A program made the position numbers and the translations under genes. Under the pieces are notes generated by a model, which had not been told where the DNA came from, searched no databases, and saw only the letters and a list, made by a program, of their open reading frames with translations. From the NCBI GenBank assembly GCA_902800245.1, contig CADCDY010000003.1:27534-91533 (forward strand): DNA of 64,000 nt, given 5' to 3'. This stretch comes from an uncultured Prevotellaceae bacterium. GTDB taxonomy: Bacteria; Bacteroidota; Bacteroidia; Bacteroidales; Bacteroidaceae. This document shows positions 53,388 through 62,775 of the stretch, in pieces (positions within the stretch are counted from its first letter, which is position 1; each line of letters starts with the position of its first letter).

Positions 53388-54053
53388 TTAGAGGTAGAAA
53401 TCACGGGTGAGAATTGTGTACGTCTCGTCGCCGAGGGTCATTTCGGCCTTTTCACAATTGCACGGGTGTTTGCGGAACGCCAGTAAAAAGCGCTTGGGAG
53501 CCTTATGTGCTGCCGTACGTACGGCACACAAACGACTAGGGAAAAAGCCCACGAATATGGCCTCGTCCTCCATACGCTGGCGATAATCGAAGGGCACCAC
53601 GACGCTCAGTTCTCCATCATCCTTCAACAATCGCCACGCAGCCTGCATCAACTGGCTATAGGTCAACATCTCAGCGTGACGGGCAATATTCCGCTGGGGG
53701 TCCGGAGCATTCAGCGAATCGACGAAATAAGGCGGATTACTCACAATGGCATCATAGCAATCATTGTTTTCAAAAGTCTGCACAGCACCCTGTATCACCT
53801 CTACACGGTCAGCAAACGGTGATTGTGCCACATTTTGCTCGGTCTGACACACGGCACCCTCATCAATATCCAGAGCGGCAACACGTCCCTGCGGATAGCG
53901 CTGGGCCAACATCAAAGCGATGACTCCCGTGCCACAACCGACGTCTAACATACGGTCTCCACCACGTGCCCAAGCACCCAGCAGAACGCCATCGGTGCCG
54001 ACCTTCATGGCGCATAAATCCTGCTCTATTTTGAATCGTTTGAACTGAAACAT
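53388..54053 (-). CDS. tRNA1(Val) (adenine37-N6)-methyltransferase family (TrmN6/YfiC-like)
   Basis: FQFKRF, MKVGTDGVLLGAW, LDVGCGTG, VSNPPYF and ARH motifs. Confidence 0.9.
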   Translation of the reverse strand: MFQFKRFKIEQDLCAMKVGTDGVLLGAWARGGDRMLDVGCGTGVIALMLAQRYPQGRVAALDIDEGAVCQTEQNVAQSPFADRVEVIQGAVQTFENNDCYDAIVSNPPYFVDSLNAPDPQRNIARHAEMLTYSQLMQAAWRLLKDDGELSVVVPFDYRQRMEDEAIFVGFFPSRLCAVRTAAHKAPKRFLLAFRKHPCNCEKAEMTLGDETYTILTRDFYL

Positions 54054-54126
54054 GCTGCAAAGATATTAAAATATCTTATCAATCGTGCATTATTTCGAAA
54101 AAAAGTTGTACCTTTGCGCCCTAATT

Positions 54127-56527
54127 ATGAAAGATAATATAACAATGTACATGGATAACAAGAACAGGTCGTTCTCAATGATTGCCGATGTTGACGGCGA
54201 TTTTCACGACTTGACGAACATCGAAATGCCCGACATAGTACCTATTCTGGCAGTACGCAGTTTGGTATTATTCCCAGGTGTCGTTTCACCCATCCTTATC
54301 GGTCGTGAGTCAAGTATGACACTCATCCGCAAGGCCGAGAAGAAAAACATACTCATTGGAATCTTTACCCAGCGAGATGCAGAGGTAGAGATGCCCATCC
54401 GTTCCGACCTCTTCGACTACGGCGTAGTCGGTAAGGTGCTGAAGACCCTGACGCTGCCCAACGGTAATATTACCGCCATTGTGCAGGGATTGGGACGTAT
54501 CAAGCTGGAAGATATTACGAAATATCATCCTTATCTGGAGGGTCACGTCACCAATATGCCTGAGGAAGAGCCCGACAAGCGCGACGTTGAATTCCAAACC
54601 GCGATGGAAGACTTGCGCCAATCGGTAAGCCAGTATGTCAGCATGAGTGATGAGATTCCCGACGAGGCACAATTTGCGCTGAAGAACGTGACAAACAATA
54701 TCATGGCGCTGAATTTCATCTGCTCGAACCTGCCCTTCAGTACGAAGGAGAAGATGAAGCTGCTGCAGATGGACTCCGTAAAGGAGCGTTTGTTTAACAC
54801 CATGCGTATCGTAAACCGCGAGATTAACCTGCAGAACTTGAAGCTCGACATCCGCAACAAGACGCGTGACGACATTGACGAACAGCAGCGAAACTACTTC
54901 CTGCAGCAGCAGATCAAGAACCTGCAGGCCGAGATGGGTAACGAGAGTACACCCGAGAAAAAGGACCTGTTGGAGAAGGCCCGTATGAAGAAATGGCCCG
55001 AGGATATCGAGAAATTCTTCTATAAGGAAGCCGACAAGTTGGATCAGTTGAATCAAAATTCGCCCGACCATAACGTGCAGTTGAACTACCTGCAGACGTT
55101 GGTGAATCTGCCATGGGGTGAATATACGGAAGACGATATGGACCTGAAGCGTGCCCAGCGCATACTGGACCGTGACCATTACGGTATGGAGAAGGTGAAG
55201 GAGCGCATTCTGGAGTATATCGCCGTATTGTCACTAAGAGGTGACTTGAAATCGCCGATTCTCTGCCTGTATGGCCCTCCGGGCGTGGGTAAGACGTCGC
55301 TGGGTAAGTATTCGCGGTCATCGTCGCACCTACGTCGGAGCTATGCCTGGCCGTATCATCAAGAATATCCAGAAGGCAGGTTCCTCGAATCCCGTATTTA
55401 TTCTCGACGAGATTGACAAAGTAACACAGAATACGCACAATGGCGACCCCGCCTCAGCATTGCTTGAGGTGTTGGACCCCGAGCAGAACGGTGCTTTCCA
55501 TGATAACTACCTCGACGTAGATTATGACCTTTCGAAGGTAATGTTCATTGCTACGGCGAATAATCTGGGGACCATTCCCCGTCCCCTACTCGACCGTATG
55601 GAGGTCATTGAGGTCAGCGGCTATATCACCGAAGAGAAATACGAGATTGCCAAGCGTCACCTCATTCCAAAGGAGAAGGAGAATACCGGTCTGAACGATA
55701 AGAAACTGACGTTCAACAAGGCTGCCATTGAGAAGATTATTGAGCAATATACCCGTGAGAGCGGTGTGCGACAGTTGGAGAAGCAGGTGAACAAAGCTCT
55801 CCGCAAACTGGCATTCAAGAAAGCCGAAGCCGGTGAACTGCCATACGAGAAGATTACACCTACGGAGATAGAAGACCTGCTGGGCAAGCCACCCTTCTAT
55901 CGCGACATCTATCAAGGCAACGCTTATGCCGGTGTCGTCACCGGTCTTGCATGGACGAGTGTCGGCGGTGAGATACTATTCATCGAAACATCATTGTCGA
56001 AGGGCAAGGGTGCTAAACTCACGCTGACGGGTAACCTAGGTGACGTAATGAAGGAGAGTGCCGTCATTGCGCTGGAATACGTAAAGGCTCATGTGGACAC
56101 GCTGGGTGTTGACTACCGCATCTTCGACCACTGGAACATCCATATCCATGTACCCGAAGGTGCTACGCCGAAGGATGGACCCTCGGCCGGTATCACCATC
56201 GCCACATCAATAGCCTCAGCACTGACACAACGTAAGGTACGCAAGAATACCGCTATGACCGGCGAGATTACGTTGCGCGGAAAGGTGCTGCCCGTAGGTG
56301 GTATCAAGGAGAAGATTCTTGCTGCTAAGCGTGCCGGTATTACTGATATCGTGCTGTGTCAGGAGAATGAGAAGGACATTCTCGAGATTCCCGACATGTA
56401 TTTGAAGGGGGTGAAGTTCCACTATGTGGAAAATATTCAAGATGTATGGAAATTTGCCCTGACGGACGAACTGGTAGAACATCCTACTGACTTCACCATT
56501 CCCGAAGAAGAGAAGAAAGAGTCGTAA
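54127..56527 (+). pseudogene. lon: Lon protease (endopeptidase La) split by a frameshifting deletion at ~55309
   Basis: The N-domain and [12 protein letters not shown] lie in one frame; [29 protein letters not shown] and VGGIKEK lie in another. The conserved intervening ~23 aa are missing. Confidence 0.9.
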
Positions 56528-56556
56528 TATCGTTAAAACGTTATCACGAAAGAAGC

Positions 56557-57699
56557 ATGAAGTTCGAAGTAGAACATAACGACCCATACAGCAGTGCCAG
56601 AGCCGGTATCATCACTACCGATCACGGACAAATCAAGACACCCATCTTCATGCCTGTAGGCACGGTGGGAAGCGTGAAAGGCGTACATTTCTCGGAACTG
56701 CGCGAACAGGTGAAGGCACAGATTATTCTGGGCAATACCTACCACCTTTATCTGCGTCCGGGACTCGATACGTTGCGCAAGGCGGGAGGGCTGCATAAGT
56801 TCAATACATGGGACCGTCCGATATTGACCGATAGCGGCGGCTTTCAAGTATTCTCGCTGACGGGAATCAGGAAACTGCGTGAAGAGGGTTGTGAGTTCCG
56901 CAGTCATATTGACGGTTCGAAACATGTCTTCACCCCCGAGAACGTGATGGATACCCAGCGTGTGATTGGTGCGGACATCATGATGGCCTTCGACGAATGT
57001 CCCCCTGGACAAAGCGACTATAAATATGCTCACGATTCCCTGCGACTGACACAGCGTTGGCTGGAACGTTGCGTAAAGCGCTTCAATGAGACGGAGCCTC
57101 TCTATGGTTATAATCAGACGCTGTTCCCCATCGTGCAGGGTTGTACGTATAAAGACCTGCGTCAGGATGCCGCCAAACACGTTTGTGACGTGTTGGGCAA
57201 ACTGAATGACGGCGGTGGAGCGAGTATCGGAGGACTGGCCGTCGGTGAACCTACGGAAGTGATGTACGACATGATAGAGGTAGTAAACGACATCCTGCCA
57301 AAGGACCGTCCCCGTTACCTGATGGGCGTCGGTACGCCACAGAATATCCTCGAAGGTATTGAGCGCGGTGTCGACATGTTCGACTGTGTGATGCCTACGC
57401 GTAATGGTCGTAACGCCATGCTATTCACTTATGAGGGTACGATGAATATGAGGAACAAAAAGTGGGAAGATGATTTCTCGCCTATTGATCCTGACGGTTG
57501 CGATATCGACCGTATCCATTCCAAAGCATATCTGCATCACCTGTTCAAGGCACAGGAGCTGCTGGCCCTGCAGATAGCGTCGATACACAACTTGGCCTTC
57601 TATCTGCGACTGGTAACAGACGCCCGCCAGCATATTGAACAAGGAGACTTCACCCAGTGGAAGCACAGTGTGATAGAAAACTTAGGACGCAGAAGATGA
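56557..57699 (+). CDS. tgt: Queuine tRNA-ribosyltransferase
   Basis: TPIFMPVGT, NTYHL, TDSGGFQVFSL, IVQG, GGLAVGE and DMFDCVMPTRNGRN motifs. Confidence 0.97.
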   Translation: MKFEVEHNDPYSSARAGIITTDHGQIKTPIFMPVGTVGSVKGVHFSELREQVKAQIILGNTYHLYLRPGLDTLRKAGGLHKFNTWDRPILTDSGGFQVFSLTGIRKLREEGCEFRSHIDGSKHVFTPENVMDTQRVIGADIMMAFDECPPGQSDYKYAHDSLRLTQRWLERCVKRFNETEPLYGYNQTLFPIVQGCTYKDLRQDAAKHVCDVLGKLNDGGGASIGGLAVGEPTEVMYDMIEVVNDILPKDRPRYLMGVGTPQNILEGIERGVDMFDCVMPTRNGRNAMLFTYEGTMNMRNKKWEDDFSPIDPDGCDIDRIHSKAYLHHLFKAQELLALQIASIHNLAFYLRLVTDARQHIEQGDFTQWKHSVIENLGRRR

Positions 57700-58946
57700 G
57701 CAAGATAAAGAGCATATGGCAAATGATGAAGCGTTGGTGGCAGACTATGAAGCGCTGGTGGCAACGATTGGTCAACATGCTGCGACCATTCTTCAAGTGG
57801 TTGCGCTCGTTACCTTGGTACCGCCTGGCTCCACTGAAGAAGCTGAATCCTTTCCACTACTTGAAACGTATGGACTGGTATATCATCAAGAAGTTCATTG
57901 GTACCTACATCTACTCCATTCTGCTGATCATCTCGATATCCATTGTTTTCGACGTCAACGAGAATCTGGCAAAATTCACCAACTACCACGCACCATTACG
58001 TGCTATCGTTTTTGACTATTACGCCAACTTCGTACCCTATTTCGCCAACCTCTTCTCGCCACTGTTTGTGTTTATTGCGGTCATTTTCTTTACCTCTAAA
58101 CTTGCAGGTAACTCAGAGATTATTGCTATGTTGGCCTGCGGTATGAGTTTTAAGCGACTGCTGCGACCCTACATCATCTCGGCAGCACTCATAGCCCTGC
58201 TCAACTTCTATCTTGGCTCTTATATTATTCCAAAAGGTACGGTTGTGCGTCACGATTTCGAATCGCTGTACAAGAACAACAAGAAAAACACCTCTGCGTC
58301 AAATATCCAACTCATGGTAGATAAAGGCGTCGTGGCCTATATTTCGCAGTATGACGACATCCGTAAGACTGGATATGGTTTTGCACTTTATAAGTTTGAG
58401 AACAAAAAGATGGTGAGTCAGTTGAATGCATCGGTCATTCAGTACGACACCATTTCGGAAGAACGCTACCACTGGAAGGCGCGCAATTACAAAATACGTA
58501 CACTGAAAGGCATGCGCGAACAGATTACCAGCGGTAACGAGATTGACACGCTGATACAGATGGAACCCATGGATTTGGTATTCTCGGGAGGCCAGCAGGA
58601 GACTTTTACCTCGCCCGAACTGAAACGATACATCTCAAAACAGCAGGAGCGCGGCTCGTCCAACGTCGTACAGTATGAGGTTGAATACCACAAACGCATA
58701 GCATCGTCGTTTGCGTCATTTATCCTAACGATTATCGGAGTCTCGCTGTCGTCACGTAAACGTAAGGGCGGTATGGGACTCTATCTAGGTATCGGACTTG
58801 CCCTGTCGTTTACCTACATCCTGTTGCAGACCATCAGTGCTACGTTTGCCATCAATGCTGGTACCCCATCAATGCTAGCAGCATGGATTCCAAACATACT
58901 TTATGCATTTATCGCCTACTTCTGCTATAGACAGGCACCAAATTAA
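57696..58946 (+). CDS. LptF/LptG family LPS-export permease
   Basis: DWYIIKKF, NSEIIAMLACGMSFKRLLRP, EYHKRIA and AAWIPNI motifs; coupled to tgt by ATGA. Confidence 0.9.
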   Translation: MSKIKSIWQMMKRWWQTMKRWWQRLVNMLRPFFKWLRSLPWYRLAPLKKLNPFHYLKRMDWYIIKKFIGTYIYSILLIISISIVFDVNENLAKFTNYHAPLRAIVFDYYANFVPYFANLFSPLFVFIAVIFFTSKLAGNSEIIAMLACGMSFKRLLRPYIISAALIALLNFYLGSYIIPKGTVVRHDFESLYKNNKKNTSASNIQLMVDKGVVAYISQYDDIRKTGYGFALYKFENKKMVSQLNASVIQYDTISEERYHWKARNYKIRTLKGMREQITSGNEIDTLIQMEPMDLVFSGGQQETFTSPELKRYISKQQERGSSNVVQYEVEYHKRIASSFASFILTIIGVSLSSRKRKGGMGLYLGIGLALSFTYILLQTISATFAINAGTPSMLAAWIPNILYAFIAYFCYRQAPN

Positions 58947-58973
58947 AGTTGAAAGTTTAAAGATTAAAGTTAA

Positions 58974-60229
58974 GTGACTTTTGAAGAAACATATTTGAAC
59001 GATAATATCCTCGACGCGAGATTCTGGACGAGCGTGACCTCATTGGCATTGCACAGACCGGTACGGGCAAGACCGCAGCGTACCTGCTGCCTATTCTTTC
59101 AATGCTTGATGACGGGGGATATCCGAAGGATGCTGTCAACTGCATTGTGATGGCTCCGACACGAGAGCTGGCACAGCAAATAGATCAGGCCATGCAGGGT
59201 TTTGGATACTATCTGGACGGTATCTCGAGTGTTGCTGTATATGGCGGTAACGACGGTAGTCGCTTCGACGTAGAGACCAAGGGACTGAAAATGGGTGCCG
59301 ATGTGATTATCGCCACACCAGGCCGTCTGCTTAGCCATATTCGTATGGGGCATCTGAACCTGAGCCAATTGAGTTTCTTTGTACTCGACGAAGCTGACCG
59401 TATGCTCGATATGGGATTCTCTGATGATATTCTGTCGATAGCAAAGTTATTGCCCAAGAATCATCAGACCATCATGTTTTCGGCCACTATGCCCCAGAAG
59501 ATTCAGCAGTTGGCACACACACTGCTCACAAACCCTGTAGAAGTTAAAATTGCCGTATCAAAACCGGCAGAGAAGATTCAGCAATCGGCATATGTCTGCT
59601 ACGAACCCCAGAAACTGGGTATTATCCGTTCACTGTTTAAGGCTGGAGAACTGGAAAGGGTTATCATCTTCTCGGGTAAGAAAGATAAGGTAAAGGACAT
59701 CACCCGCGAATTGAAACGTATGAATATCAATTGTGCCGCCATGCATTCTGACCTATCGCAGGCAGAACGTGACGACGTGATGTATCGTTTCAAGGCCGGA
59801 CAGGTAAATGTACTTGTGGCTACAGATATTGTTGCCCGAGGTATTGACATTGACGACATCCTATGTGTCATCAATTACGACGTGCCGCGCGACGCTGAAG
59901 ACTATGTCCACCGCATTGGCCGTACAGCTCGTGCCCAGCGTGACGGTGTGGCTATCACGTTTGTCTCAGATATGGATATGCGCTATTTCGGAGATATCGA
60001 GCGTTTCTTGGAACGGGACATTCATAAGAACCCGTTACCAGAAGTCCTCGGTGAAGGTCCTGAGTACAGGGCTTCTGCGCCCCGTAAGTCTTCACGTGGT
60101 CGTGGAGGACGCCGTCGTGGTGGAAAGAATCCGAAAGCCCAGAATAAACAGAACGGGCAGGGCTCTCAGCAGAAAAAGCACCACCATCATGGCGGAAAGA
60201 AAAAGAAAAACACCACCTCACAACAATAA
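58974..60229 (+). pseudogene. DEAD-box RNA helicase with a frameshifting deletion of the Q-motif region
   Basis: GTG start gives MTFEETYLNDNILDA, then the frame shifts at 59018 to EILDERDLIGIAQTGTGKT. PTRELA, TPGR, LDEADRMLDMGF, SAT and HRIGRTAR follow. Confidence 0.85.
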
Positions 60230-60257
60230 ATAAAGGTATAGTCCGTTTATTATAACG

Positions 60258-62642
60258 ATGGACTATCGTAAATCCATAGGAATATTGGCTTTGCTGTTGT
60301 CAGTTCTGACTGCAGCAGCACAGCAGTTTACACTCAGTGGCAAAGTATCCGACGAAGAAGGCAATGCCATAGAGTTAGCCACCGTGTCATGTTTGGAACA
60401 GGGTGCTGTGACAATGGCCAATCTGAAGGGTGAATTCTCGCTGAAACTACATTCTGCCGATTCGGTGGTAGTGAAATTCTCGATGGTCGGTTACCAGACG
60501 AGAACGCGTATACTGCGTAAACCCAAGGGTAATCAGAAGATGCTCGTCACGCTGCATCCGATGAAGGAATTGGACGAAGTGGTAGTGACAGAACGACGCC
60601 GACAGACGACAGCTACTGCAGAATTGGATACCAAAGATCTACGGGCAACTCCGACGACAAGCGGTAATGCCGTAGAGGAACTGGTGCAGCAGCAGGCAGG
60701 TGTCAGCAGTCATAACGAACTCTCGAGCCAATATAATGTTCGTGGAGGTTCGTTCGATGAGAACTCCGTATATATAAATAATGTGGAAGTGTATCGTCCG
60801 TTGCTCATCCGTAGCGGTCAGCAGGAAGGATTGTCGGTCATCAATTCGGATATGGTGGAACGCATTGCCTTCTCGTCAGGAGGTTTTGAATCGAAATATG
60901 GTGACAAGATGTCGTCAGCGCTCGATATCCAATATCGTAAGCCTACGCACTGGGAGGGTAACCTACAGGCATCATTGTTAGGGGCCAGCGCCTTTGTTGG
61001 TTACGGAAACAAGAAGTTCTCGATGAGTCACGGCATTCGCTATAAGACCAACCGTTATCTGCTGGGGTCATTAGAGACGAAAGGTGAATACCGTCCAAAC
61101 TTCCTGGATTATCAGACATATATTACCTACCAACCCAACGAACGCTGGACAGTAGACTTTATCGGCAACATCTCGGAGAATCACTATAATTTCTATCCTT
61201 CAGACCGCGAGACATCGTTCGGAACGATGCAGAACGTAAAATCGTTTAAGGTGTATTTCGACGGACAAGAGAAGGATATTTTCCGCACCTTGTTTGGTAC
61301 CTTGCGCTTGCAGCGTCATTTCACGAAAAACACAAGGGTAAGTCTCCTGGGTTCCGCGTTCCACACAAAAGAACAGGAGACGTACGATATCATGGGCCAA
61401 TATTGGTTGGACGACGCCCAGACACAGGAACAATTGGGTGTCGGTACCTATATGGAACATGCCCGTAACTATTTGAAAGCCAACGTAGCCAGTGTGAAAC
61501 TGATGCTGAATCACAAAACGCGCAAACACGATTGGGAGACTGGTATTACCATGAAGTGGGAAAAGATAGAAGAGAATGCCCAAGAGTATGAGATGCGTGA
61601 CTCCAGTGGTTATTCTATTCCGCATAGTGCAGACCGTTTGGACCTCATCTATTCGTTGCGCTCAAAAAACGAGATTTCCTCTCACCGCATAGAGGCTTAC
61701 GTTCAGGACACTTACCGTTGGCAAAGTGGCGCGAATAGCGAACAGCCAACCCTTTGGACGCTGAACTACGGTGTGCGTTTGGCCAATTGGAGCTATAACA
61801 AAGAGACCATTGTCTCTCCCAGAGTTTCACTGGCCATGATACCCTCTTGGAATCAGAATATTACGTTCCGTCTGGCAGCAGGACTCTACTATCAGGCTCC
61901 ATTCTATAAAGAACTGCGTGACACTATTACCGTCAACAATCAGACAATTGTAACACTGAATGAGAAAATAAAAAGTCAGCAAAGTATTCATATCGTAGGT
62001 GCCTTCGACTATAAGTTTCGAATGGCTGAACGTCCTTTCCGTTTCTCAGCGGAGGCTTATTACAAGCTGATGGACAACCTCATTCCGTATAACGTACAAA
62101 ACATGAAGGTAGTCTACTACGGCAAGAATATAGCCTCAGGACATGCCATCGGACTTGACCTGAAACTTTATGGCGAATTTGTTCCTGGTACCGATTCTTG
62201 GCTGACATTCAGCTTGATGTCTACCCGTCAGAAGATCAATGGTATCAGCGTTCCAATGCCTACAGACCAGCGTTGGGGTGTCAATCTCCACTTTACCGAC
62301 TATTTCCCAGGAACCGAACGCTGGAAGATGGCTCTGAAACTAGCCTTTGCTGATGGTCTTCCTTTCGGAGCACCTCACCGAGGACTAGAATATCAACTGT
62401 TCCGTGCACCGGCTTATAAACGTGCTGATATCGGTTTGAGTTATCTGCTTGTCGGACAGCCTGGAGAGAAGTCTTCTTTCAGAAAACCCCGCGTATGGTT
62501 AGGCGTTGACGGCCTCAACATTTTCGGCATTTCCAACGTCAACAGCTACTATTGGGTTACCGATGTAACCAACCAACAATATGCCGTTCCAAACTACCTG
62601 ACAGGCAGACAAATTAACGGAAAAGTGATTGTAGAATTCTGA
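60258..62642 (+). CDS. TonB-dependent receptor with an N-terminal carboxypeptidase-regulatory-like domain
   Basis: Signal peptide, FSMVGY, LDEVVVT, YNVRGGSFDEN plug motif, YGDKMSSALDI and a terminal Phe. Confidence 0.92.
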   Translation: MDYRKSIGILALLLSVLTAAAQQFTLSGKVSDEEGNAIELATVSCLEQGAVTMANLKGEFSLKLHSADSVVVKFSMVGYQTRTRILRKPKGNQKMLVTLHPMKELDEVVVTERRRQTTATAELDTKDLRATPTTSGNAVEELVQQQAGVSSHNELSSQYNVRGGSFDENSVYINNVEVYRPLLIRSGQQEGLSVINSDMVERIAFSSGGFESKYGDKMSSALDIQYRKPTHWEGNLQASLLGASAFVGYGNKKFSMSHGIRYKTNRYLLGSLETKGEYRPNFLDYQTYITYQPNERWTVDFIGNISENHYNFYPSDRETSFGTMQNVKSFKVYFDGQEKDIFRTLFGTLRLQRHFTKNTRVSLLGSAFHTKEQETYDIMGQYWLDDAQTQEQLGVGTYMEHARNYLKANVASVKLMLNHKTRKHDWETGITMKWEKIEENAQEYEMRDSSGYSIPHSADRLDLIYSLRSKNEISSHRIEAYVQDTYRWQSGANSEQPTLWTLNYGVRLANWSYNKETIVSPRVSLAMIPSWNQNITFRLAAGLYYQAPFYKELRDTITVNNQTIVTLNEKIKSQQSIHIVGAFDYKFRMAERPFRFSAEAYYKLMDNLIPYNVQNMKVVYYGKNIASGHAIGLDLKLYGEFVPGTDSWLTFSLMSTRQKINGISVPMPTDQRWGVNLHFTDYFPGTERWKMALKLAFADGLPFGAPHRGLEYQLFRAPAYKRADIGLSYLLVGQPGEKSSFRKPRVWLGVDGLNIFGISNVNSYYWVTDVTNQQYAVPNYLTGRQINGKVIVEF

Positions 62643-62775
62643 TTTTTGCTAAATATTGTTAATTTTTAAAGAGTTATCAATATTTTCATCTCATTTGTAT
62701 TCAAACTGTCAGAAAAAGTATGTATCTTTGCACTCGATATATCAAAATTGGATAGTACTAAACTAAAAGCATGTT

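Noticed and set aside
55271-55416. Programmed ribosomal frameshift in lon (and in the DEAD-box helicase)
   Set aside because: There is no slippery heptamer, and conserved residues are absent from all frames, so recoding could not restore the protein.
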